A model generated the notes under the pieces. That model was not told the origin of the DNA and searched no databases. It was given only the letters and a program-made list of their open reading frames with translations. A DNA stretch of 64,000 nt from Carcharhinus amblyrhynchos. Taxonomy: Eukaryota. Numbering within the stretch: the stretch's first letter is position 1; each line of letters starts with the position of its first letter. A program made the translations under genes and the position numbers. This document shows positions 1-12,672 of this stretch, in pieces. The stretch covers positions 30,752,001 through 30,816,000 of the forward strand of contig OZ336883.1 of the NCBI GenBank assembly GCA_965287045.1, read 5' to 3'.

Positions 1-227
1 TATGTTCAGCTTATGCACTATAAACTGCATTGGATTGAAGATGCAGACATTGGCCTCTTTCCCCTTCCATTGATTCACCTACTCCGTACATCATCCCGGG
101 TTAATGGAGTAGGTATACTGAAATTGATTACAACAGGAAAATAACAAAAGGCAATTCTTCAATTTTCCCATCCTCATTATGTGGGAATATACCCACCAGC
201 ATTTCCTAACTCATGCAGGTTGATACT

Positions 228-535
228 TTAGTACAGTATTACTCTTAAAGGTGCCTTTCTCAGATGAAACATCAAACTGAGATCCTGTCTTTCCTCCCAG
301 GTAGACATAAAACATCCCACTTTGAAGATTGCAGCTGAGATATCTCAATGTCTTAGTCTCAATCACTAAAAGCAGATTACCTAGTCATCATCACGTTGCT
401 GTTTGTGGGAGTTTACTGCATGCATTTTGGCTGCCATGTTTCTTACATAACAACAGTAATACATTCAAAAGGACTTCATTGGCTGTAAAACACTCTGGGT
501 TGTCTTAAGTTCACAAAGGCACTGTTTCAGTGCTG
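228..535 (+). mobile_element. DeuSINE (SacSINE1/AmnSINE1-like Deu domain), degenerate
   Basis: aggtgcctttctcagatgaaacatcaaactgag Deu-like core followed by tail ttgctgtttgtggga...cttcattggctgtaaa. Confidence 0.65.
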
Positions 536-2054
536 CTCCTCTCTGTAACAACGTGAGCTGACATTTAGGCCGAAAGGATGAGAATGCTGTGGTAATTTAT
601 GTTCCTTTATTGTCTTTCTACCTTTGCTATGATGTCAAAAATGAAGACAGGTTTACAATTATATAGCACTTTCAGAATGTCCCAAAGCATTTCTGGCAAT
701 AATGTACTTTTGACATGCAGTATTCACTGGTGTAATCTGTATGTCTTAATGAGTCTAATTGAGCACAAGATCTTGACTGAAATTCCAGTGCAGTGTGTGA
801 GTTTTGCACTAAGAGGAGCAAAAGCTTGGATGAGAAATTAAACTGAGGTCTTGGTCATTTACATTCAAATGTAACAAACTCACTTAACTTCTATCTACAT
901 TTTGAGTAACCCCTTTCTTTCAAAACAAAATATACTTCAAATCTGTAATAGTACGCAACGAAGAGTTGCAATCCAGTTTTGATTCTTCTAATGAAACAAA
1001 TTTTGTTGCTTGTAAGTTATACAAGCAACCAAGTGGGATAAATTACCTCAAGCGTCTTCAGTATGCAGTTTCCTCTTAGCAGGGACTTATATAATGCACT
1101 CAAGAGCAACTGTGCAACCATTGATGTATGTAATAAAGTTGTTATCTCATCAAGCCACTTGCCTCCAATCTGAACAATATAACCAATGTTATCATTCTTC
1201 TCTTGTTCTCTCTGAACCTATCACTTTCACTGATATAATATAGACATAATAGCTGCTCCTTGATTTCTGACAATTGCAAACACTTGCTGGAAAAAAAATC
1301 AGGGCACTGCAGTTTGACTTGCCCAAAATTTTCTTTCCTTGCCACGCAGGAACAATTGACAGCGTGCCTGAGACAGAGGATTGTAGGGAATCACATGCAA
1401 ATTGAAAGTCATGATAAACTAGATCCTACCAACTAATAAAACTTTGCTTTAACATTTGGTTCACCCTTTGTTACAAAATAAACTATGGCATTAGTGGCAA
1501 ATCAGTTTATCACATTGCTGTATATGCAGTAATTGGATCTTGAATTATCTGATGCTGTGTTTCAATTGCTATACCAAATTTATGCTACTGCATTCAAAAA
1601 CAAAATCTACAATTAAGTCCACCCATGTAGGCATGTCAGGGTTGGTATAGCATTGTTTTATCTAGAATTTACAGACTGTTATAGCATCATAGGGGTATAC
1701 AGCTCAGAAAAAGGCCCTTTGGCCTACCTATTATGTCTGTGCCAGTCAAAGACAAACCACTCAGCAACAACATGAACTATAATGCAGTGAGAACACTCAG
1801 CTGCACGTCAGTGCAAGGCTAACTCACTCATACTAACATGCAGCTGTTCAGTCGCCTGCAAAATGTGGAACAAGGTGTAAATACAGAATTGCACATGCTC
1901 TATGGCGCTCAGCAGCTTGAGGCAACTCCAGCAACCATTAGCTACAGCTTTTGAAATTCCACCAGTATAGAAAAAGTAGCTTATTCTTAAATTCTTTTCT
2001 TCTTCCCACTTACTTTACTTTTCCTGGAGACTCTCACTAAGCATGACATTGTCA

Positions 2055-2290
2055 TTGGAGGCAGCCTTCTGGTATAATACCCAATTAGACCTAATTTCTA
2101 AATATGAGCACCATGTATCAAAAGGTTATTTGTTGGGATTATGACAGCTAAAACTTTTCCTTTACTGATCTGATGTTCAGACAAGCAGACACTGGTATGG
2201 CTCTATGCATTGTAAGCAATAGAGTGCGATCAAGAGCAGAAAACCAGTGTTTCCTGATGTTTCTCCTTAGCTTAGCAAATGGAGACCATG
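2055..2290 (-). mobile_element. Ancient SINE remnant, MamSINE1-like
   Basis: Reverse complement resembles the recalled MamSINE1 body (ttcctgctcctgatcgc, gtggacatc, cacttgggcgaggtacc-like blocks); heavily decayed. Confidence 0.4.
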
Positions 2291-3888
2291 ATGACACATT
2301 CATTTTTAATAGGTTTTAAAAATAGTGCATGGTTCTTTGAATGAACTGGTGACATATTTTGTTATTCATTTAACCATTTGGCCAATCTCATATGGTAAAT
2401 GTTACTTTACTGACACACAAATTACAAGGTAATACTTAACAAAATGAACAATAACTGTCTAATGTTCAAATTCACTACTTACAGTTATACTTATTACTTA
2501 GCTTGTAAAAAAAAATCCACAGGAAACACATACTTAGCTATTGCTTGACAACTTGTAATTATAAAGTTAATGAATTGACAGTGAAAATGCTGACCAAGTT
2601 TTGCTGAACTCCAAAACCAATTTAATGTTAAAAGGAAGTAACAACGAAGGGAAAAAACAGGTTCAAGGCAGGATGGTTTTGAAGCAACTTTTTTTTACAC
2701 CCCAGTATATAGTTGTGTCATTGTACACATTCACATCTTAAGTATTCATCGTTTAAAAGCTTTGCGTTATACAGTTCAGAACTGATACCAAGGACAGGAC
2801 ATAGCCACAAATATACAAGTAACCTCCCACCCCAAGCAATCTAATTGCATGACTGAGTTTTTCTGCTCTCTGCTGTCTGGCAATGGGACTTTGGTTTTTG
2901 CTTTTTTTAAAATGATGTATTTAAGTCTAGTTCATTAGGGAGCAAGCTTTAATAGTGCACACAAAGCAAAGCACTTTTGTCGAAGAAATATGTTAAAATG
3001 AGGATATGGCACATTTATCTTAAGGGATCTTCTAACGGAAGTGGTACTGCTTCAATCAATTTATTTTTAAACCTTCACCTATAACTGACTGAAGAAAGGA
3101 TGGTGTCAGGTATGGTAAAAGATTTCCTTACATGTCTGTTCTTTATAAAGCAGGGCTTGATGGAAGATATCAAAGATTGAAAAGAGTAGGCAGCAAAACA
3201 AGAAGAATCATTGAAAGAGTACATTAAAACAATATTTTAGACAGGAGTCAACTGCACATCACTTAATGTAAATCTCAATACACTAGGATGCAGATTAATT
3301 ATCTGTACACTAAATGCCAAAATAGTTCTGGAGTTCAAATAAACACCTGTGAAGCCCTTGCTGGAACCAGAAAATAGGAATTAATGGCTAAGTACTAACA
3401 AAGCTTGACCTTTACTGGATAAAACAGCCAAACAACACTAAATCTGTGCTTAAAATATATTATAATTTAATTGTTTAGATGAATTGAAACCATTAAGCAC
3501 AATGACTGAACATCATTTGAAGTAATTTGTCCAATTTTATTTGAACTCCGTCTAGTTAATTGGTATTGCAATGAGACACAAATCTTTTCAAAAATGCCAA
3601 CCCACATGTTTAGTAGGCTGTTGAATTGCGTTATAATTTAGGCAAAGGATAATTCTATATTTTTTCAAGTACAATCACAATGTTAACTGCAGCTTGAAGT
3701 CATTGGGAAAAATGACTATTTGAGTACTAATTTTCAAAGATTAGCAATAGTAATAGTAAGTACAGAAAGTTTCATGTAAAGCTACAGCAGAAATAATTAG
3801 GATGGAACAAGGAAGCAGAGTGAGTTCGGAGGGTCAGATTATGCAAGTGCCAACAAGTTAGGGTGACAAAGCACGCACAGAAACTTAC

Positions 3889-3939
3889 TTCTTCCCAAAA
3901 TGCTAGGAGAGATGATGTAGACGAAGAAGAAACAGAGCC
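3889..3939 (-). CDS. CDC42BPB: MRCK-beta 51-nt in-frame cassette exon: GSVSSSSTSSLLAFWEE
   Basis: Within ORF 3772..3969; T-rich tract then ctaag acceptor, GTAAGT donor; phase 0-0; resembles a mammalian alternative segment I recall as DSLSSSSASSLLAFWEE. Confidence 0.82.
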
Positions 3940-4537
3940 CTTAGTGCAACAGATATGAAAAAAATACACTTAGTGAATTCCCTTATGCAAATTCAAAAGT
4001 ATTAATCAGGATACCATCTCTCACGAAGAGATTGCTGTATTTGGGCATAACCAATTTTGATCAAAAGACGACCTTTATTTCATTTTAAAAAATTACAAAT
4101 GTTTTAAAGGTTCTTGAAAGATGTCTGGAATTACCATATGCAATGTGACAAAGTGTACAAGTAGTTTAATTTGTTTTTAAAATTCTAAAGGTTAAGGACC
4201 GCAGCTTGAAGAATGGAGTGTGGACTGAATCAACTGATTACAAAAATCAGCAAGTACATCTTTTTCTGAGCAACTAACCAGCATTTCCTGACTGAATCTT
4301 GCTACTTTTCAACATATCTGACTTTTCTCTAACAACTGTGGCAATTTGCTGCAAAAGATTGCAAAATATATTCCGTGTAGATGTGGCAAGACTCTCTACT
4401 CCATGCAAATCCATGTTTCTGTTCTATTCTATACAAGGTATCCAAAAATATCTACCCTGCTCAATTAAAACATATTAACCACCACAGATAAAATACTCCT
4501 CGGAGTTTGAATTTATCACTGTATAATGAGCACTTAC

Positions 4538-4617
4538 TTTAAATCCCAAGTCATGTGGAATTGGAGAGGTGTTAAAGTAGTCAAAAATGGAATCCTGAAA
4601 ATCTGGAAGTTTGAGAC
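4538..4617 (-). CDS. CDC42BPB: MRCK-beta exon 21 (80 nt): (G)[26 protein letters not shown]
   Basis: taaag acceptor at 4618-4619, GTAAGT donor; [11 protein letters not shown] is characteristic of CDC42BPB; follows a 130-nt intron. Confidence 0.93.
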
Positions 4618-4747
4618 CTTTAAAAAAGAGCAAGAACACAAAAAATTGCTTCCTTTAAAAATAAAGCTAACCAGATGTTTAAAAAAGCTAGGGCTTTTGT
4701 ATTTATAGCTCATAGTAAAGCTGTTGCATGCTGCAGATATCACCAAC

Positions 4748-4845
4748 CTTTTTCTGTTCTGTTCCTGCTTTCCTCTAATTCTTTCTTTAAGTTCTGTATC
4801 TCTTCTATAAATTGCTGATTCTTGGCATCTGCCTCCTTCAGTTTA
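4748..4845 (-). CDS. CDC42BPB: MRCK-beta exon 20 (98 nt): KLKEADAKNQQFIEEIQNLKKELEESRNRTEK
   Basis: tttag acceptor, GTTGG donor; phase 2-1 fits exons 19 and 21. Confidence 0.92.
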
Positions 4846-5094
4846 CTAAAATAAAAGGTTCATGATAGAGACAGAATGCAGAACACCAAGATGAATTCAA
4901 ATCAACATAAAAGTTGCCAAGAAATTTGCCAAAGATTTTAACATTCAATATTTAACAGTTACAAAAATCAAAGGGAGGATCTTGCATTTATGTAGTGCCT
5001 TATTACAACCCAATGTGCTGCATAAGCAAAGAACTGTTGCCCTTTTAAGGGCAAATGAGCAGCCAATTTCAAAGCAGCAGGAATCCACAAACTC

Positions 5095-5965
5095 AATAGA
5101 ATTACAGTCACCAGGGAACTGGTATCGAGCAAATTGTTGGGGCTGTAGCTGAAGAATCCCCAGTTCCGGATGGACTTCACCCTAAGGTCTTGAAAGAAGC
5201 AACTAATGCTTGGTGCGTTGGTTTTAATTTTCCAAAGTTCCTTGGATTCAGGCAAGGTTCCGTTAGATTAGAAAGTAGCAAACGTAACCTCTTTATTCAA
5301 AAAGGGAGACGGAAAGCAAGAAACTACAGGCCAACTAGCCTAACATCCGTCACAGGAAAAAGATTGGAAGCTATTAAAGATGTTTAGGCAGACCACTTGG
5401 AAAAATTCATGACAATTAGGCAGAGTCAACATGGTTTTGCAAAAGGGAAATTAAGTTCTTTGAAGGAATTGCATGTGCTGCAGTTAAAGGGGTATCGGTG
5501 GATATACAGTACTCACATTTCCAGGACACATTTGATAAGGTACCACATCAAAGATTATTACAATAATAAAAACTCAAGGTGTATGGGGTAACAATCTGGC
5601 ATGGATTAAAGATTAGCTAGCTAACAGGAAACAGTTGGCATTTTGGTCTTTTTCTGGTTTGCAGGGTGTGATGAGTGGTGTGCCACAGAGGCCTCAACGT
5701 TTTGCAATTTATATAAACTACTTAGATGAGAGCACTGAAGCTATTGTTGCTAAACTTGCTGATGATATAAAGATAATAAATTGTGAAGAGAATGCAAGAA
5801 ATCTTACAAAGGGACATAGATATTTTAAGTGAGTGGGCAAAGATCTGGCATATGGAGCACAACGTGCGCAAATTCAAAATTCTCCATTTTGGCAGGAGGG
5901 ATAACAAGAAGCTTATTATCTAAATGGTGAGAGATTGCAGCTCTGAGATGTAGCGGAATCTGAAT
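5095..5965 (+). mobile_element. CR1 LINE ORF2 (reverse transcriptase) fragment, frameshifted
   Basis: ORF fragments NYRPTSLTSVTGK, QSQHGFAKGK, SGVPQ, IYINYLDE, AKLADD are CR1 RT motifs split across frames. Confidence 0.9.
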
Positions 5966-6369
5966 CACAAAAAGCATTTTAAATGCTTTCACGCTCTTTT
6001 AAAACTGCAACTGTCTCTGCCACAATGTTTTCAACATCTCCATGTAAAGAAATTCATTTTAACCTTTCTCCTCAATCTCAGGTGACAATCTCCCATCAAA
6101 AATCCCTAATTACTGACTCAAGTTAGAGTAAACCACCTTTCCCCATTCACCCCATCAAACTCTTCATAATCTTAAATATATCTATCATATTTCCTCTCAC
6201 CTCCCTGTTCCAGTGGAAACGATCTCAGTATCTCAAACTTATTTTCATAACAGCAATTTCTCATCTTTGGTATCATCGCAAAGAGTCTGCTATACGCTCT
6301 GTAACTAATTTCCTTTCTATAATGGGCAGACAGCACTCTTAACTATGACCTAGCCATTGCTTTGTACAC

Positions 6370-6703
6370 ATCTTAGAAGGGTTCACAGGGTAGATGCTGA
6401 TAGGTTGTTTCCCTTGGCTGGAAAGTCTAGAAGTAGGAGATATTGGATAAAAGGTTGGCTATTTAGAATTGATTAGGGAAGAAATCTCTTTAAAGAGTTG
6501 TGAATTATTTGAATTCTCAACCTCAGAGAGCTATAAGTGCTCTGTTCTTGAGCATATTCAAGATTGAGATCAAGATTTTTGTATTATAGAGCACTAAAGT
6601 ATATACAAATAGAGTGGGAAAGTGTGGTTGAGATCATCAGTTATGATCTAACTGAACGATGACACCAGCAATAAGGGCTATAAGGTTATTCCTGTTTCTA
6701 TTT
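6370..6703 (+). mobile_element. CR1 LINE 3' end
   Basis: agggtagatgct...gtttcccttggctggaaagtctaga...gagttgtgaatt...tcagttatgatcta...cctgtttctattt; decayed match to other CR1 tails in the window. An opposite-strand CR1 relic lies at about 6010-6360. Confidence 0.7.
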
Positions 6704-6949
6704 TAAAATAAAGTTCCATATATCCCATCAAAATAGCAGCAACAATCATTTCAAGCCAAAAGCTAAAAATTTAGCCAAGTTGAGTCTTCAAAAAGTACAA
6801 TGAAAACTTGAGTGAAAAAAATTTTAAGTGTAAAAATTCAAGTTGAAAGTCAAATAAATAGTTACAGGGAAAGCCTGCAGAATTTTGGAACTGCATTTAT
6901 TCATTCTTTTCTTTTATGGAGACTAGAAGAACGAACGATTAAAGATAAT

Positions 6950-7041
6950 GGGCAGGATTTTCCGGCCACGTTCACCCCGAAACTGGAAAATACCACCCAA
7001 GGTCAACAGATTCCATTGAGTGGGACAGGAAAATTCTGCCT
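6950..7041. mobile_element. Short MITE with terminal inverted repeats
   Basis: GGGCAGGATTTTCC (6950-6963) and GGAAAATTCTGCCT (7028-7041) are inverted repeats (12/14); similar termini at about 9311-9323, 15991-16120 and 21420-21435. Confidence 0.6.
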
Positions 7042-7160
7042 GGTACCTGTAGAGATCTATTCAATTCAGCAAGCAAAGCCATGGGAAATGAACAGCAGTG
7101 CTATTAAACAGATGTACCAATAACCAGAATCAGTAACTAGTTTGATAATGGAAGTCATAC

Positions 7161-7309
7161 CTCTCAAATGCCATGTTAGTAGCTTTCACCCTACTTAGCT
7201 CTTCCTGTACCAATTGCTTAGCACGTATTTCTGCTTCAAGGGCTGACTGTAGTTCTAACCTAGCTGACATATCCAACTTTGCGCTTCGTCTCACTTTCCA
7301 TAGTGGATC
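7161..7309 (-). CDS. CDC42BPB: MRCK-beta exon 19 (149 nt): [53 protein letters not shown] coiled coil
   Basis: ttttccag acceptor, GTATG donor; DPLWKVRRS is diagnostic of the beta paralogue (from recall). Confidence 0.96.
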
Positions 7310-8076
7310 CTGGAAAAGTATAACAAGACATAAGAAATTAACATATCAGTTTGTCTGGAAAATATTAACAATTTTGGTAGATTTACCAGTCTGGCAAGGG
7401 TGAGGAAGTTGAATTAACCTGTCTCTGAAACATCCTATATTAATAATGATCTCTGCTGATGGCAAATTAATGATGTTAATTTGACTTCTCTTATTATAAG
7501 GTCCAGTAAATTCCAGGTGGCGTCATCACTATTCACTTCTCAACTACAATGAGTACAGTGGCTATATACAATATATATTATGCATTCAGTAGAAACACAC
7601 ACTCACACGCACGCATGTTATAAATACATATATTATAAATGAATGCTACAAGGGGCATTGGCAGTGAGGCTCTCCAACAGTTAAATGGCAATAGGCTTTT
7701 GTATTTTGTTGAATTGTGGTTACTATTCTAATAATGCACAAACAAGATCAAAGCACACTTCCCTCAAGTTGGAGATGGCTAGTAACTAGAATAATATGCC
7801 TCCACCTTCTCCAGAAATATTTTACGTTGCCATGTATTTGTATCATCATATAGGATTAGAGATTTAACAATTAACTTTAACAGCATATAGCAATATATTG
7901 CGATTTCAAAAAATTTTGATCTACACGTTAATTGCAGATAAATGTAACCAGAAAAGCACATTTGTTATTTTATTACGTGAGATTATTCACTTATAAATGG
8001 TGCTGCTCACAAGACTAAATGAATATTTCTAATATGAAATAGGCTCATTAATATGTTCTAAACTATTCTTCCTTCA

Positions 8077-8499
<423 letters not shown>

Positions 8500-8857
8500 T
8501 TAAACTAGAAATGCACAATTATTTTGAGTGAATAGCTTATGAATGCTTCATGCGCACATATAGGAATTTTATCATAAATATGCAATGAAACACGCATTAT
8601 CTAATTCCAGCAAACACTCAATCATCATAGGAACTTAAAAGCTAAATTAGATTAAATGCTTAATGATCTACTAGTCAATATGAGCTTGTAACAAGTCAGG
8701 CTATATTTTTTGAAAATATATAAATGCCTCAACCAGTCATTTTCTAAATTCCATGCATGTACATTTTCCAGCATTTACTACTGAACGACGATTGGCAGAA
8801 GGGGGAACGAGGGGGAGGTGGGAAATACAGATGAAAGATTATTCACTTGAAACGTTG

Positions 8858-9323
8858 GAATTTAGATCCTGCAATGGGCGTTTTCCCCCACACTGGCTGG
8901 GCAACCACTGGAAGCTGTGTCACTTCTAACTGGGAGGGCCAATGCTATTTAACTGCAATTAACTGGCCGGCGTCAGGCATCACATCGAGTTAAGTCTCCA
9001 ACACACCGTTAATCCTAACCCCAAGAGCTGTTGTAGAAGCTGGCATCTCTCCATTGCCAGCAGTGCCATTGGGAGCAAACGCTGGCGCAGTTAATGTTCT
9101 GAGGTCTTCATCAGGGATAACTGCTGGATCCCTGAAGACAGACGAGTTACAGAGAGGGTGTCACTGGCAAGGGTGTGGGGTAGGTGGTGGTGAGGGGTCA
9201 GATGCAAGGGCAGGAAAGTGACTTTCAGTAGCCTCTCACCTCACAGGCATGCCCACCTGATCTCCCCTCCCACTATCGCCTCCATCACCTTCCCGCCTCA
9301 CCAGGTTCCGTTAAATTCTGCCC
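8858..9323. mobile_element. GC-rich MITE-like insertion splitting a hammerhead-type palindromic element (flanks about 8826-8857 and 9326-9395)
   Basis: Ends in aaattctgccc (MITE terminus); left flank ...cagatgaaagattattcacttgaaacgtt continues on the right as aactatttctctctgcaaagattctaccagatctgctgag. Confidence 0.45.
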
Positions 9324-10122
9324 ATCAACTATTTCTCTCTGCAAAGATTCTACCAGATCTGCTGAGTATTTCCACCATTTTCTGTATTTACTTTAGGCAT
9401 AGTTACTGCACTGGCTGAAACGAACAATCCCATTCTTTATCATTGATTATGCTAACAAAAAAGTAGTTGCTAAAAGTAGAACTTAAAAAAGAATTTTGTT
9501 TTAAATCCTTTATAAACATGTTCGGCTAAATAATTAACACAACAGCGTTAGCGTCATGAGAGGAGAAGACTGCAGCTGTATGATTTCATAGAATTGTCAG
9601 TTATTACAGGTAACTTGTATATCCAGTACACACTGTATATAGTATGAACACAACAATATTTGTTTTATCTGGGGTTTTGAAATTCTACAATTGCGTAGGA
9701 GAACTTAATTGATCTTAATTGAGTTAGATCATATCTTCTAAATAATTCCTTAACATTAGCCCTATCTTTGCACTGCTATAACATTTTTCAAAGTTGTAGC
9801 TACAAATCCAGACATCATCAACTGCCGGGCAATAAAAAAATGGGTCAGCAGCAATGGGCAGTGCAGAATAACCTATCAACTTACCGTCATTTTTTGATGT
9901 AGTTATTTCATAACAACAAATTGCTAGGTGTCTATCTAGAATGAATTTCTATCCAAACCCGGTCTTACAAAAGTATGCATCTGATCGTACTTCACATGAA
10001 TGCACGGATGGTTACGTCCATTTCTGACGTGAACACTTAGCTGAATAAAACTTAAAACAGCATAATTCATGGATACAAAGGTGATAATATTTCTGAAATG
10101 CATATTGAACAAAGTGACTTAC

Positions 10123-10228
10123 TCGATCATTCTCAACTGAAAATTTCTTGTTCTCTTCGATAAGCATGTTTCGCTCACATTCATACTTCTTTTTTAGCTC
10201 ACCCAGAGTCTCTTCCATTTCATTGTGC
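10123..10228 (-). CDS. CDC42BPB: MRCK-beta exon 16 (106 nt): HNEMEETLGELKKKYECERNMLIEENKKFSVENDR
   Basis: Within ORF 10012..10269; catag acceptor, GTAAG donor; phase 2-0. Confidence 0.94.
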
Positions 10229-11617
10229 CTATGCGCAAGATAGATAGATATATTCAGCATTTTAATCAAATTGTTCTATTAATTGGCAATTCATTTGTTC
10301 AATTATACATCATGTGGGTCTTTTTTGCTGCAGCATTAGTCTCCATCTTATACAGATAATGATCCACAAGAGGCAGTTGCACCCAAAATCGAAATCCAGA
10401 GCTAAACGTGCAAGTTTCTTTCTTGTTTGAACTATATACAAAGGTTCAGATAGAGGACAGATGAATCATTCACAGCTTCACTTATTTTATTGTACAATTT
10501 TTTCATATATTGAGCATTATGGTAAAATGTGTATAGCTTATGGTTCAAAATATGTAATGATGTAATTGCAGCAATGCAGTTTTTTGTAATGTTAAAAGCA
10601 ATTGCTCTTAATACTTGACAGAAATATTAAGCAATTGAATTCTTCAAAAAATCATGTTCACGGATGGATTCAGAATGAAATACATCTGAAGGCTGTAAAC
10701 TTAACCCAAAACATTTGCAGACTCAATAGCTAATATCTCTTATAACATCAAATTTGTTTTTGTTCAGTGGATTTTTGAATATTACCAAACTAAGAATGGA
10801 ATACTGGAAGTTAGAGTCAATTGGGGCTTGAACTTTGATATCAAAAGATTAATTTTGCTGCTATTTGCTGGAAAACAGCAATTTAACAGCAAAATTCTTC
10901 ACAATTACAGTTTCAAATTTTAAAATGAACATTGTTGACTAAATTAATTGAAGGACTCAATAAATGTTCTATGCTTTTGCATCAAAATATGAGACAAGAA
11001 GCAATATTTCCAAGTTTTCTTAATATACCTGAACATTGCAAGCCAAGACAATGCTATTTAGTCTGACTTCCTTTAGAACTATAGAACGTACTTAGTATGC
11101 AACAAGAATACAAAAATATTGAAAATAAAGAAGAAACAAATAACAAAGAGCTACATGCATTCATTAAACACATATAGGAGACTATGCTGGTTAAAAGCAG
11201 AGTTGTATAAATGTATGGAAGCAATCAAAAGAAGTCAAATAACGCCATGATCAATCAGAACACTCACTACTTTCAACTACTTATTAAAATAAGGCCATGC
11301 CTACAGATCAGTTGTTTTCTCCTCATTCCTGGTCTCTCCAATTGTACCAAGGTCCTACTGCTCCCCAGAAAGAAATGAGAGTGGAATACACCAGTGTGGA
11401 TTTAAATGGCCCACCATTTCATGGTACAGTACTTCACTATTCTACTAAGAGCAGCCTTATCAAGGCAGTTTTCTAAGTGAGCTTTTCCCCTATTCTCCAG
11501 AAAACTGTTTCTCAAGCTTCACATTATTTCCACAATTGCTGTACTTGTATTTAAAGCAACTAGTAAGACAAGTAGAGTTCTTAGTAGTTAACTAAGTGCC
11601 TTTTTTTGGCTATTTAC

Positions 11618-11862
11618 CTGTCTCTCTTGGCTTTCTCCAGTTTGTCCTTTAGTATCATGACATCCTTTTGGAGAGCTAAATGTTGGGCATCTGAATCATG
11701 GAGCTCCTTTTTAAGGTTCTTAATTTCTGTGCTATGAGCAGCTTCACACCTCACCAGTTCCTCCTCGTAGAAAACTAGTTTCTTCTCCAGTTCTGCTTTC
11801 ATCTTGGAGAATTCTTGCTGATGCTGTAAACTGGACCCAGCAGCTCGACCTCCTTGCTTCAG
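11618..11862 (-). CDS. CDC42BPB: MRCK-beta exon 15 (245 nt): [38 protein letters not shown]...[11 protein letters not shown](R)
   Basis: Overlaps ORF 11614..11802; cttag acceptor, GTAAA donor. Confidence 0.95.
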
Positions 11863-12178
11863 CTAAGCGTGTGGGGGAAGAAGACAGTTGAAACTACTTT
11901 TCACATACAAAAATCCTTTCGCCTGGTACCTCATCTCTAACTCACCTCCTCTGGCCAAATTTGGTTGGAATATTCTACTCTGGGACAATGTCTCAGTATT
12001 TTGCTGTTGTTTGGAGATCAGCATATTCATTTGGATATGGAAACTAAATAAATGAGGGCAAATAGTCTTTAATTTAGGAGTGTGGTTTTGTTTTATAGTT
12101 ACCCTCTAATTCACCGATATTTTACCTTCAAATAAAAACATGATTTAGTTTTGAAAAATATTTTCAATATATTCTGAC

Positions 12179-12289
12179 CTTTAATGATTCCACTTCACTT
12201 TCCAGTTGTTTGGAATAAGTTTCGCTGTGTTCTCGAAGCTTCCTCTCCTTTGATGCTTCAGCGATCGAGTCTTCCAACTGGGCTTCCAG
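12179..12289 (-). CDS. CDC42BPB: MRCK-beta exon 14 (111 nt): [37 protein letters not shown]
   Basis: ttttctag acceptor, GTCAG donor; [11 protein letters not shown] motif; phase 0-0. Confidence 0.95.
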
Positions 12290-12438
12290 CTAGAAAAGGA
12301 AATATTCATTGCAAACCTATGCTTACACCCCATTTCACATTTCCCACCACAAAATTGATGCACAATCCTTTTGGCAGGCATTATAATCGATTACTTACAA
12401 CAATGTTTCAGAAACAGAATCAAAATCATTTTTTAAAC

Positions 12439-12672
12439 CAAATGAGAAAGTGCTGGAAAATCTCAGCAGATCTGGCAGCATCTGTAAGGAGAGAAAAGAG
12501 CTGATGTTTCAAGTCCAGGCGATCCTTTGTGGCACAGCTTTGAAAAACGGTCATCTGCACTCGAAACGTTAGCTCTTTTCTCTCCTTATACATGCTGCCA
12601 GACCTGCTGAGATTTTCCAGCATTTTCTCTTTTGGTTTCAGATTTCAGTATCCGCAGTAATTTGCTTTTATC
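12439..12672. mobile_element. Penelope-derived palindromic non-autonomous element (family A) with hammerhead-like cores
   Basis: About 95-bp inverted arms (tgctggaaaatctcagcagatctggcagcat / atgctgccagacctgctgagattttccagca), asymmetric tail, perfect 12-bp flanking direct repeat cattttttaaac at 12427-12438 and 12673-12684. Confidence 0.8.

Noticed and set aside
1047-1109. 63-nt open phase-0 segment bounded by cag and GTAATT (LLLSALYKSLLRGNCILKTLE)
   Set aside because: Poor polypyrimidine tract and no resemblance to the MRCK linker; such pseudo-exons are common.
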